64,000 bases of DNA from Plasmodiophora brassicae (taxonomy: Eukaryota): NCBI GenBank assembly GCA_036867785.1, contig CP145428.1, positions 124,001 through 188,000 of the forward strand, in the 5' to 3' direction. Of this stretch, positions 44,812 to 57,768 are shown piece by piece (within the stretch, counting starts at the first letter, position 1; each line of letters starts with the position of its first letter). The notes beneath the pieces are model-generated. The model ran no database searches. It was not told where the DNA came from and saw only the letters and a program-made list of their open reading frames with translations. The position numbers and the translations under genes are program-made.

Positions 44812-46186
44812 GACGGCGCAGGGGTGTCATCGTGGTGGAGCACGCGGAGTTCAGAAGGCCTACTGAGCTTGGTTCGGTGTCGAGGGGATGTCGTGCCGAC
44901 AGTGCATGCATCGGCTCGGGTGCCTGATCTGTCGGGAGCGCACCGGACGAGGGATACTCGTGGGACGTTGGGGACGATGTATAGGTGTTGTTGCTGTCGC
45001 GACGCCAGATGCTGCGCTGCAGGTTGCACTCGCCGTTGGTGTGCTTCGACCCTGGATGGAAGACGCAGGCCTCGTTGCGTCGCTGTCCACGGGCACGCGG
45101 GGTCGTACTGCAACTGGAGCGGTTGGCCGTCTCGAATGATTCCTGCCGGTCGCGAACGTCTCGAATGCGAATCTCTTGGCTTGTCAGTGACGCAACCACC
45201 TCGGAAACACTGGGCAGCGTGCCCAGTGCACGGTTGTGCAGGCCGGCGACGACCGCGCCCAGGTCGGATGACGCATTGGCCAGAATGAGGAACAGCATTT
45301 CGGTCGGTACCGTTGCCCGGACCCGGTGAGCTGCGGCTTGAACTCGGGCGGCGTATGTGGCGACAGACTCACCGGGTGTGTGATGGATCGTGCCGAGGTC
45401 GCGGACGGCGCGCACGCCAGCGACGACGGGCTGTACGCCTGGAACAAGACGCGCCAGCACTTGGCAGCCGAGCCTGCTTGGAACAGGGACAACGCAGACG
45501 CGATCTTGTGATCCAGCATGTGGACGAGTAGAATCTCGCGCGCTGCCGCTTCCAGAGCTGGGTCATGCGTCGTATCAGTTTTCGTGGTCGGCGAGCCGTC
45601 TTCATTGATCCCGATGACGCTTGCGTATCCTTGCGGAGCCAGAGGGCAGCGGTCTGAATCCAGGACGTGAACGAGTCGGGCGTCCCGTCAAACTTGGGCA
45701 TCGGCAGCCGACCTGCGTCGCCTCGGGCGTGCGCCTCGGTGACGGTCGGCACGGATGGGATCGGTGGACAGCTGGTCGGACGCGCCAGTTGTTGCTGCAG
45801 GACGCGAAGACGTTCGATCTTCTCCAGCCTTGCGATGATTGCCTCCGCTTCGGCAATTTCGGTGTCGATCTCGTTGAGCGTCAGATGGCTCAGCGGGTCG
45901 TCATCCGCGTCTGGCGTCGCCTGGCGCTCGTCCATGGCGAGTAGGGGCTCGGCGCCTGCGCCTATACGACTGTTAATCTAAGAAAGCCAATAGCGAAGTG
46001 ATGTACTGAGGTAGATACGGAGCGAAGATATTGGACGACAGTGAACGTGATAGACGGCGCCACAGTGGCGACGGCGCAGTGCACGTTACACCTGTGACGG
46101 CGCTACCACAGGACTTGCGGAGTGCGTGGCGGCGGCAGTGGGCTGCACGAGTGTGCTGCTGGTCGTACTGGACATGGAGTTCGACA
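44812..46186 (-). mobile_element. Ty1/Copia element 2, degenerate 5' part (LTR 45979-46186, gag to start of protease)
   Basis: Same PBS as element 1. Frameshifted gag from ATG 45935 is homologous to element 1 (PKFDG, GESVATYAARVQAAA, HTNGEC, VGLLNSACSTTMTPLR). Confidence 0.88.
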
Positions 46187-47261
46187 GACTGCTGTTATCC
46201 AACCATGGACGCCCCTAGCGCAGCCCCGCTCGTCGCCCAGCCTGCTAACATAACACAAATGGCGCCAGATCTGGGAGTCATTCCAGATTCAACTTCCGCG
46301 CAAGACCTGATCCTGCCAACGTTGCCACCTGCGCCCGACTATGAACGTCGGGTAACAGGTTCCATAGAGCCAGTCGCATTCGAGACTCAGGACAGCGCCT
46401 GTGACAGCCTGGAAACGGCTGAGACCGGGAACACGCCTGTGAACTACGGAACGGAGCAAGAACCTTCCCCAGTCCAGCCAGCCTTGCTGACCTCGCAGAC
46501 GCGGGAGCAGCGCCACAGGCGTGGAGCCGGCCGACGCCTACCGGACTGTCGTTGGGACGACGGTTCTAGGGAACGTCAGGTGGTCAGCCTGCTGATGTGC
46601 TCATCCATAGTGGCGGCCGCTTGGGCGCTTGCCTTCGCCACTACTCTCCGCGAACCCGAACGTGTCGACATTCGTGCGTATTTAAACACGTCACTTGACG
46701 ATGCCTGCCCGGACGACCCGCCAAACGCGGGTCTTGATGTTCTAGCCGGAGATGCTTCACGTTTGTCGCGCGATGTACGGCTCAGCGATTCTACTCAGGG
46801 CGACGGGACGCAGCCCGACCGCGAACCCTTGGTGGCCCCACGAACTGACCAAGAATCACTGGCGCCGGAAGACGTTTCCTTTCATCTCGTCGACGCCGAG
46901 CCGTTCCTTGACGCACTCGTGGACGACGCTCACTGCTACCTCATCCATTATACGTGGACCGAGGAAACCAGACGAAGATACCTGAGAAACGAAGAGGCCA
47001 ACGCCACATCCTTACCGCCGCACCGCGCCTCTGACTGCTCGATCGACCTGAAACCGGGGAAGGAGCCTCCATTCTGTCGCCTCTACTGCTTGTCCCCCCG
47101 CGAACAGGTGACCCTCAAGAAGTACTTGGAAGATAACCTCCAGTCGAACTTCGTCGGCCGTCGCGCTCATCCGCCGGCGCGCCGATTCTTTTCGCGAAGA
47201 AGGACGGTTCGTTACGACTTTGCGTTGATTACCGAGGCCTGAACTCTATCACTGTGAAGAA

Positions 47262-47457
47262 TGATGAAGACGATAACGAAGTGATTTATTCCGACCGACA
47301 TCGGCGCGAGACGGCGGCGACGTAACGCTGTGTAACAGGGGCTTGCCAAGCCGTTACCGACAACGGCGTCAGTGGCGGAGCCTCTGCCGTGGACGTTACG
47401 CAGTCGCGCACAGTCACGGCGTCACCGTGTGCCGGTGGTACGACATGATCCTCGACA
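47262..47457 (-). mobile_element. Solo LTR of the TRIM family
   Basis: 196-bp LTR with TSD AAGAA interrupting KN/RYPLP of the family F RT. Confidence 0.95.
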
Positions 47458-48105
47458 AAGAACCGCTACCCACTTCCGCTCATCGACCAGCTGCTTTCGA
47501 CACTTGGTCAAGCAAGGGTCTTCTCCAAGATCGACCTACGAAGTGCGTACAACCAGATCCGCATTCGCGAAGGTGACGAATGGAAGACAGCGTTCCGGAC
47601 ACCGTATGGATTGTTCGAGTACCTGGTTATGCCTTTCGGGCTCGCCAACGCCCCGGCTTCGTTTCAAGCTTTCATGAACGAGACATTCAGCGACTTCATT
47701 GACCGTTTCGTTGTTGTCTACTTTGACGACCTCTTGGTCTTCTCCACGAATTCTGAGGAACATGAGCAGCACGTGCGTTTGGTGCTCGAGCGTCTACGTT
47801 CCGCCCGCCTGACGGCTAAACTGCCTACATTAGTGCTTGTTCGACGCACCCGAGGTCGAATTCCTCGGCTACTTAGTGTCCAAAAACGGCCTTCGGTTGG
47901 ACCCAAGCCGATTAGACACCGTACTCGCCTGGGCCCCGCCGCGTGACCTACACGGGCTGCAAGTCTTCTTTGGGTTCGCCAACTTCTACCGAAAGTTTAT
48001 CCCGCATTTCGCTGAGATCGCGCTTCCATTGACGAATCTGACCCGCGGAAACACCGAATTTAATTGGAACAAGGCTGCTTCGACCGCATTCGCAACCCTG
48101 AAAAG

Positions 48106-51100
48106 TGTCAGGTTCAACTGACTCACGCGTTGACCGACTGCCGTCGGTCCGCGGTCGTCTCGGACTTTATTGCCGTCGGCGCCATTTGAGGCGCCATTTG
48201 CCAACGCGCCCGTTCAGGCGTTACATCAGATTCGGTCTATTCCTGGCACGTCTGCGGCCAGGCCCGGGCTTGTCTGGGTAGCGTCGGTGGAATTCTGCGA
48301 TTGCGCGGTCAAGTCCCCCGGTGCCTCGTAGGGAGGTGGCCGGTTCCCAAGTCCGTTCTGAGGCCGGGTATCCGTCCCAGTCGAGGAAGTAGAACAGGCG
48401 GCCGTTCCGGAATCGCGAATCGAGGATGTCGTTGACCACGTACAGCGGCGCATCTTCCCCTTCGAGAACGATCGGATCTGGTGGTGCCGGTTGACGCCCA
48501 GGAATAACGCTAGGAACGTATGGTTCCAGCAACGACGAGTGAAACACGTTGTGCATGCGGCACGTGGCGGGCAGCGCGAGTTCGAATGCGACCTTGTTGA
48601 CGACCTTCGTTACCTTGTAAGGTCCGAGCATGGTGACGTCCAGTTTGTCGCAGGGTCGGCCAGTTTGCAGTGCGCCTTTACGTAGCATGACGAGATCACC
48701 TGCCTTGTATGTCGGGCACGGTATCCTGCTCCGATCCGCGAAGTGCTTCATCGATCGCACCGCTCGTTCGAGGTTCCGTCGCAGGGCCGCGTGAAGTTTG
48801 TGGAGGAACTCAGCGCGGTCGTCTGCGGTGGGGTTGGACGATACGGTCTTGCGCGGGCACAGATCATGAAGGCGGGGATGATAGCCGTAGTTGGCCATGA
48901 AGGGGGACATACCGGTAGCGCTGTGGCTGGCGTTGTTGTAGGCGAATTCTGCGATCGGTAGGCGTTGCGCCCAGTCGTCTTGTTGATAGTTGACGTAGCA
49001 TCGCAGGTACTGCTCCAGAACTTGGTTAACCCGTTCGGTCTGGCCGTCACTCTCAGGATGCCGAGCGGAAGACAGGTTGCGACGGGTGCCGAGGCGGTCC
49101 AGGAGCTGGCGCCAGAACTTGGAAACAAATTGGGGTCCTCGGTCAGATGTCACATCGTCTGGAAGACCATGAAGGCGGAACACGTTGCTGAGGAACAGGT
49201 CTGCCAGCTGTTCTGCTGTGGTGGTCTCCTTGCAGGGAATGAAGTGCGCCATCTTGGAGTACCTGTCAACCACCACCAGAATGGAGTCCCAGCCTTGCGA
49301 CGTTGGTAGCTTCACGATGAAGTCCATGGAGATTGACGACCACAGCTGAGTTGGAAGGGGAAGTGGCATCAGAAGTCCCGACGGTTTGTGGCGTGGCGTT
49401 TTCGACCGGCAGCAGACGTCGCACGATTTGATGTAGTGCTTGACGTAGTCGCGGAGGCCTGGCCACCAGAACTCGCGGAGCACGAGGTGCAGCGTCTTTC
49501 CGAGGCCGAAGTGTCCAGCTGTCTGCGCGTCGTGCAGCGATTTCAGGATTTCCAACTTGCAATCGTCGCCGGAGACCACCACGCGATCGTCCCGGTAGAG
49601 GATGCCGTCGGCCTGGCGGAAGCGACGGTTCCGTGGTGTCGGGGCGGCTAAGCGTGCGAGTACCTTCTGAACAAAGGGGTCCGTTGCTTGGTTAGTTCGG
49701 ATGCGGGCCCACAAGCTCTCGGTGCTGCGCGGTTCGCCAATCAAGTTAAGAACGTGGTTGGTAACGGGGGAATCAGTGGTGATGAAGTGAGCTGCCGTCA
49801 ATACTTGGGTTGCTTGCTGGGCTGCTTCGGCCTCCGCCTTCGTTGGCCGGTACTCTGGTCGACGCGTCAATGCGTCCGGTTTGCCGTGAAGGCGTCCCGG
49901 ACGATGGGCGATGCGGAAGTCGAATTCGCCCAAGAGTTGCGCCCAGCGAACTTGTCGTCTCGACAACTTTTGGCTGCTGAGAAACCATTGCAGGTTCCTG
50001 TGGTCGCTGTAGACGAGCGTCTGGTGCTGCGCCGAGTCCAGGAACTGGCGCCATTTCTGGAAGCCTTCCACGATCGGTAGTAGCTCCTTATCGTGCATCT
50101 TGTAGTTAATCTCTTCCGGGGTCAACTTCCTCGAGTAGAACGCAATCGGGTGCAGTTCGCCGTCGTCGTCGCGCTGCGACAGTACCATGGCGAGGGCGAA
50201 GTCGGATGCGTCCGTCTCGACTTCGCACGGCCGGTCGGGATTGAAGTGCGTCAGGATCGGAGGAGACGTGAACGCGGCTTTCAAGGTGCGGAATGCGGCA
50301 TCTTCTTCAGCTCCCCAGTGAAAGTCCACGTTGTCCTTCGTGAGGCCGGTGAGTGGCAAGACAATCTCTCCATAATGCGCGATGAACTTGCGGTAGAAGT
50401 TGGCAAACCCCAGGAAAACTCGGACAGCGTGCGCATCGCCGGGCGGCTCCCAAGCTAGGATCGTGTCGATTCGGGCCTGGTCTATTCGGACGCCGTTGTG
50501 AGAAATGACGTAGCCGAGGAACTCGACCTCGGAAGCGTCGAAGGCGCACTTGCTGAGCTTTCCAAAGAGCTTCGCCTCGCGGAGACGTTCCAGGACGAGG
50601 CGAACGTGGCGTTCATGGTCCTCCGGATTGCGAGAAAATATCAAGATGTCGTCGAGGTACACGAGGACGAATACGTCCAAGTAGTCCCGGAACAGGTCGT
50701 TCATGAACCCTTGGAATGCGGCGGGTCCATTGGCCAGCCCGAACGGCATCACCAAGTACTCGAAGAGTCCAAACGGTGTGCGAAACGCGGTTTTCCATTC
50801 GTTGCCTTCCCGGATCCGGACTTGATGGTAGGCCGAGCGGAGATCGATCTTGGTGAATATCTTGGCCGAGCTTAGTTGGGCAAGGCTCTGGTCGACGAGA
50901 GGAACGGGATACCGGTTTTTGATCGTTACGGCGTTCAGCCCGCGATAGTCGACGCAAAAACGCAACGATCCATCCTTCTTCTTAGCGAACAGAACGGGGG
51001 CGCCAGCCGGGGATTTCGACGGGCGAATGAAGCCGGACTCGAGGTTGGTCGTCAGGTACACCTTCATAGCTTCCTGCTCACGTGGCGATAGTCCATAAAG

Positions 51101-53760
51101 GCGGCCGAACGGCGGTTCCTTCCCGGTGTGCAAGTCGATGGCACAATCGAAGGCCCGATGTTCCGGTAGTCGAGACGCGGCCGCTTCATCGAACACGTCG
51201 GCGAAGTCTGCATACTTGGCGGGAAGCTGCGTGTCTTGCGTGGAACCAGGCGTCGTCCATGTCGTATGGATCATGTAACAATTCGTGCCATCCTCGTGTG
51301 CGTCGTTGAAGAACTCGTCCGGCGCCACCGTGCGAATGTGGAAATCGTCAACAGTCATGTCGGGGGGTGCCGTGGCCATCTCCTCCGTGTCGTCGGTGGT
51401 GGCCGGTAGAGGATGCTGCGAAGTGTCGCCTCCGCCCGGAGGGTCGACCGTCCGGTCGCATGGGCTCAGATCCAGCCATTCGTCAAAGGATGCGTCGTGC
51501 GCGCGCAGGGCGGACGCCATGCGGGAGACCTCCAGGAAGGCCCGCTTCATGTCGAGTCGGGGGTCTGCCTCCCTGAGAAGGCCCCAGAGCACCAGTGCCT
51601 GCAGAGTGCAGCGGTCCGTCGACGGCCGCGATTCACAGGGTTGGGCTAAGGCTGAGGCCCTGGACGCATCAGAGCTGGTTCGGCGGCGAGGGGGCGAGGT
51701 CCGGCGACCCGCCCTCCACAAGGCAGGTGTGCTCGTGAACGCCGGTCGTCGCTCATCTCGGTTTGTTCTGTCCTTCATCTGTGCGGACGTCATTAAGTTC
51801 GGAGCCTGGCTCGTCGGCACTTCGCGGGGCGGCGACAAGTTGTGAATGGTCAGCGGCAGCGCGTGTTGCAAGGGGGAACAATCGGCAGGCGCGACGCGAC
51901 TCCAGTGCGGCCCCAGGAGCAAGGACGTGACGTGAACGGCATGGTGCGTAGTCCAGTCCGGTCGGTCGGTAGGGGCGCCACGTAGCGCGTCTCTAACGGC
52001 AGCTGTCTCTAACGCTGGATGCCGCGGCGTGGCGTCCGCCGGCGCTAGTGGTGGCGATCGCGGCATAGGACTGTCGTCGTCTCGTGGTATAGGGTCGTCG
52101 GGCACAGGTTCCGGCTCAGGCCCATGCTCGTCTCCCGGTGAACTAGTCTCCGTCGCGGTGGCGACCATGTTGGCGCCCGTCGCTCTCGAGATCGGCTCGC
52201 TGTGATCGGGACTCGGGGCGGCGTTGCCGCAGCGGCAGGCGTAGCGTCGCGTCGTCGATCTCAACCGCCAGTTCACATCGGGATTGTGGAAGTCCAGCCA
52301 CGGCATGCCCAAGATAATGGGGTGATTCGGCGAATGGATGACGTTGAGGACGAGGTGTTGATCGGCGAATTCCCCATTGACCACAGAGGAGAGCGGAACG
52401 GTCTCTTGCGAGATCGGCGTAAGTGCTCGCCCATCAACGACCTTGACGGATACAGGGTCCGGTTTGCGTCGACAAGGGATGCCGTGCTGTCGCACCAGAG
52501 CCCAGTCGATGAACGAGCCTGTCGCGCCGCAATCCAGGAGGGCCTTCGTCGTGAACGTGATGCCTCTGCATGTGATGGAGATGTCCACGATAGGCGATTG
52601 AACGAACGGGCGTTGGGCGAGATGAAGCGAAGTAAGGATTAAGCAGTCGGGTTCGTGGAATGAGGAATTTAATGGGTGATCGTCGAACCCGGGTCCGATC
52701 ACCCTTCCCCGTTTCCCGGCTGGGCGCGGAGAGGGCACTCGCGCGACCGGTGACCGTGCGCCTTGCATCGGAAACAGCGTCCCTCGCGTAGGCATCGCGC
52801 GCGCTCGTCGTCGGTCAGCGGTACCCGTCTGCTGGTTCACCTGCGGCGGGACAAACGGGTATGCGGGCTCTAGGTGCCGGGCCTTCGCGATCATGGCGCC
52901 CAAGGTGACGAGCTGCCATTTGTAGAGTTCCTCGCTCAGTGCGGCGTGCAAGGAATTGCGAAAGTATTCCGCTAGCGTCTCCTCGGTGTAGTCGCATTCC
53001 CGCGGGTTCAGCCGGCGGGCCCGTAGGTACAGGCACCGGAATCGCACGACGTGCACGTCGATGCTGGGCGTCGTCCGGCGGAAATGCTCGAATGCCTCCT
53101 TGGCGGCACATGGTGTCGATTCCGGGAACGCACCAGTCAGTGACGCTGTCAACTCGGTCGGCGTCGTCGGCGCCGCCGCGAAATAAAGCTCCCGCGCGTC
53201 GCCGACCAGGCGGGACGAGAGCAGGTTTCGGGCCGTGCGAGGCAACGGTTCCTGCGAACGCAGGTCGAGCCCTGCGAGTCGGAGAACATCTCTAGCCAAT
53301 CCCGGGCGGTGATGGCGTCGATTGCAAAGTTGCCCGAAAATGACTGCAAATCGACGGTGACGTTCAGCGTCCGCGTTCCTAGGTCGTCGATATGTGCCGG
53401 CGGTTGGGAGCGTATCGCCTCGGTCGCAGCAGTCAACGCCCGTTCCGCCCGCTCCCGTCGGAGCATCTCCTCAAATTCGGCCCTCTGGGCGCGGAGCGCG
53501 TCCGCCACTGCCTTCGCGATCCTCTTCTCCATCGCCCCCTCGTCAGTCGTCTCGATCCCGTCAGTCGTTACCGTCTCGGCGGGCTTGTCGTCGTTCGTCT
53601 TCCGGGTTGCTCGCGTCTCCGGCATGATAGTCGGTCAAACTGTCAGGTTCAACTGACTCACGCGTTGACCGACTGCCGTCGGTCCGCGGTCGTCTCGGAC
53701 TTTATTGCCGTCGGCGCCATTTGAGGCGCCATTTGCCAACGCGCCCGTTCAGGCGTTACA
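48106..53760 (-). mobile_element. Gypsy chromovirus family E, full length, recent insertion
   Basis: 120-bp LTRs at 48106-48225 and 53641-53760 that look identical, TSD AAAAG. Gag starts at ATG 53625; pol is open through PR, RT (YLDD), RH (ETDAS), IN and chromodomain (YFLDWDGYPASERTWEP). Confidence 0.97.
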
Positions 53761-53970
53761 AAAAGCGCGTTCACACGTGCCCCGATTCTCGCCCACTTCG
53801 ATCCGAGCGTGCCGTGCGAGATAGAAACCGATGCCCCCGATTTCGCCATTGCCATGGTCCCTTCGCAACGGGGCTGTGACGGGGACTTACATCCTCTGGC
53901 GTTCTTCTCGAGGAAACTGAATTCCGCCGAGATCCGATACGCTGTTTACGACAAAGAGCTCCTGGCCATT

Positions 53971-56900
53971 CACAGGCAGCATATCGGCTACAGCGGGGAT
54001 ACAATTTTGCGAAGGAGTTACAAATCGGCTACATCAGTGGACACATTGGTGATACATTCTTCCGCCTGCCCACGGACTGCGCTGATGGGGATACAAATGT
54101 GCTACAAGCCTTCAGCACCGCGCTTGGACGTACAACCAAACATCGTTTACTTATCCACTCGTAGACCATGCAACGGACGACGCCACAATCGCATTGGCCC
54201 TCGGCAGCACACAGACAAAGCTGGCGCGCATGTTCGACCCACTGTGCGAGATCATCTCTGGAATTTCGTGGGCACCAAGACGACGTTCGCCGGAACCGAC
54301 TGATTGATCGGGAAGAACGGCGACAGTTCACGTCCGGACGCCAAGCCATCCCCGGTAATATATCGTGGCAGCTTTAACTCGACGCGCCGATTCCCAACTC
54401 GCAGTTTCTTGGGACGTACATCCTCCACCAACTGTGTAAATGACCGGATTCAAATGCAGACACTTGGGTAACAGCAGTTTCTCCCAATTACCGTTGACAG
54501 ATGAACACGTTGAACGGCGGGCCGCCAGGGAATTCGAACTGACCAATCGCTTCGATCTGGCCGGTGTAATGTTCGTCTCCTGATATCGTGTAGACCAGGT
54601 CATTCTGGCTCCCTGGAAACGTGCGATCCAGCTGCGTCGTCCTCCATAGCACATTGCCTAAAGCAAAGTAAGGACAACGTTGTGAAAGGCGCTGATGCAG
54701 CGGGTTCGTACCATAATACGCCCGGTGATACACTTTGACTTTCGTGGGAAGCAACCGCCGACCGAAGTTGGTTAAACACCACTCGTCAAAGGCGTCGACG
54801 TCGCGGAACATGTCAACGTACTCGCGTACAGAGTGACCGACGTCGTGCGCAAACTGATGACATGCATCACGGTACTCGTCGAAGTATGGATGAGCATGGG
54901 CAGTGCGCCATTCCTGACTGCCGTACATACGGCGGTGCAGCCAAGCCCGATCGTGTCTCGACAGTAGCAGGTCGCTGGCGGGTTGGTCCACAGGTAACGC
55001 CAACACGAGCCCGTTCTGATCCTGCTCGTCGACCCCTTCTGCATCTCCGAACGTAAACCGGTTCCCAGTTTGCGTTGGGAAACAATCGGCAGTCAGCCCT
55101 GACAAAGTGCTCGGTAAATAACTCAATGATGACAATAACCTGGTGCTGTTCTCTTACCGGTTCCTCGCTGTCGCCGACATCACCTGGAACGCTTGTACGA
55201 TGTTACGCGCGAACCCGATCGTCGCGGATAACGCGCGTTTCATGTAGTGCATCCATCGCTCCACGTAGTAATTCCAGACAAATCCCTTGATTGGGCCGAA
55301 TTGTTTAACGATATCAGGGATGTGCATTATGGAATGGGCCTACGACCAGCCGTCAACACAATCAAAGCACTCGTGTGAAGCATTTCTTACTGATATGGTC
55401 ATCATGGTCGCTGGCCCTAAATACTCCATCTCAGCGAGAGCGGCGCGAAATTCCAAAACGATATTGTCAAGGGCAGACTTGGGAATTGCCTTTGACAAAA
55501 GGAGGTTTGCGCAGTGAAGAAAGGTAAAGAATGCCGACCAGAAACGCCTGCAATGCAACCGTGCGTGTTACCTCAGCGATAGATTCCCCAACGCACTGCA
55601 ACTTTGCCAGCTTCGCCGTAGAATGAATAACTTGAGACATGCGAGTAAACGCGGCGTCGGACAGGGAGGACTTGCACATCTCGTCGAGGACGAAGAAAGT
55701 CTGCTGCAGACCAATGCTAGGCTTGACAAACCCGGTAATGCGGGCTTTCAGCAGCGCCGCTAGTGCTTCGGAGCACTCGACTAGACATTCATCAGCATCG
55801 GGCGGAAGGGCTTCCCCGACATCAAAATCGACATTGGATATGTTCGATTCAGCATCATAGGTAGCATGCATCTTGGCGGCGCCCGCTGATGCATGGTCGG
55901 AGTCATACGACGAATCGGAAACAGATGAATCGGAATCCTCAGGCGAATGATCGACGACAGGAGTGTCGACGATGGGCATTGGGGACGATGGACTAGTGCT
56001 GTCCGATGGTGGAATCGAACTGGCCGCATCAGTTCGTGCAGCCTTCCTGGCACGAAGAAGACGTGGGGTCAGACGCATGTCGATGCAGCGAGGCGACTCA
56101 GGTTGCGGCAAGTGACAAGTCCGAGGAAGCCGACGAAACTGGCGCGTACCGGTACACTACCCAGCGGCGGACCGCAGGCGTACACGTCGAGACCGTTATG
56201 TACAAATGTAATACGAAATAGAATCTGACGTGGGTACGTTAGGGTAAGCAGATACTGTATTGTTAATCCTGCTCAAATCGTGGAATACGGAAAGAAGCCT
56301 TGTGACGAGAAGTCGTAGTGAGCGGCGTTTTGCAAGATTCAGTGCGACCGGCTCGGGAGAGGGTGCCGGCTCGGGAGAGGGGTGCTGCATGAAGGCTGCG
56401 CAACCCCAGTGGACTCGACCCAGTCAGAGTCCGATCCGGGCTGCTCATTCGTGACGTGCGCCCACAACCACTCAAAGTGATATTGGGCGGTGTAGGTCGA
56501 GATGTCGCGACGAAGACGAGCATCGTCGATGTACAAGTACGTCGGCCCTCTTGTCAGGTATCTGACTGTTGGCATTCGAACACAGACCTTCACGGGAAGC
56601 CCGTTCAGAGACTCAACGGTCAACGTCACCCAGTCCTGGCCCTACTCGTGATCCGTTTTCGGGCAGGAGGAAAGAACCCTTGCCACAGGGGCCGATTGCG
56701 GAATACCTGTCACCGGAGAATGTCAGGGCAGCAATGACGCCCCAGCGCAACGCGCTGCGGAGCGGGATGAAAACTCTGTGTGCCGCGTAGGTCAGGCATG
56801 GTTTGATATGACCTTATAAAATCTGACGAAACCGTGGTTGTATAGCTATTACAGTGACGAGTATTTGCTGTCGATGGGCGGACAGAAGAAGCCCACCACG

Positions 56901-57768
56901 ATGAAGATCCATAATGACTTGAAGGACTGGTTGAGGCATCGCGATGATCTCAGTGTAGAGGATGTCGACCAGTACTCCTATAATCATACGAATCTTAGTA
57001 AGTGCGTATTTCCATGTAAACACCACTGTTTCTGAATGTGTTAACTGCTCTTAGTGATCAAAACTGAGATTGCGAGGCGCCGAGATGATCTGGGGATACG
57101 CCATCACCAAGAGGGATCTCAGGTGCGTCGGAAGAATCGCATGACGATGATGATGATGAGGATTACACCTGGGTGCATCCCGACCTCGTTAAGATGACGG
57201 CTCGTCATATAAAGCGCGCCCAGCAAGAGCTGAGGAATCGGTAATACAGTTTCACGCTCCGGCGGGGTGCGATTCGTCGCAATGGATACGGGTTTCGTGC
57301 TTCGAATGCGCTACGAAATACGGTAGTAGAAGGGCTACAGCTGGGCTACATTAATGTAGCCGGTCTGTTATCGAACGGCTACATTTACTCTACATTAATG
57401 TAGCGTAACTGTAGCCTTCCGGCTACATCCAGACTACAAGTGTTGTAGCTAAAATGTGTCCAATCGGCTACATCTCAGATACATTGAATGTAGCGTGTGT
57501 GCGTCCGAAAGGCTACATTTGAGATACATTAATGTAGCATTCACGTGCCCGGGGTGCTACATTTGAGCTACATTCATGTAGCATGTTTGTGGCCGAAAGG
57601 CTACAAACACGCTACATCGAATGTAGCACAAATGTAGCCAACACGCTACAAACGTGGCACATGCATGTAGCACCTCTGTTGTCGGGCGGCTACATGAATG
57701 TAGCGCCGATGCACCATTGCAAAATACCAAAATAATGTAGCGCGCATGTAGCGCATCTGCTGCCTGTG
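53971..57768. mobile_element. TIR DNA transposon, CACTA/CMC-like, 3.8 kb
   Basis: TIR CACAGGCAGCA...TGCTGCCTGTG, apparent 3-bp TSD with one mismatch (ATT/GTT), and subterminal GCTACA/TGTAGC repeats. It interrupts KELLAI/VESF of the family F RNase H. Internal minus-strand ORF pieces at 54029-56111. Confidence 0.8.
57330..57752. repeat. Dense subterminal array of GCTACA / TGTAGC in both orientations
   Basis: Many copies, often as inverted pairs such as GCTACATTAATGTAGC. Confidence 0.9.

Noticed and set aside
43861-45980. Three PBS-adjacent LTR ends reading TA instead of CA (43861, 44617, 45979)
   Set aside because: Other copies end in CA. C-to-T decay or one variant lineage explains it, and there are too few cases to claim a mechanism.
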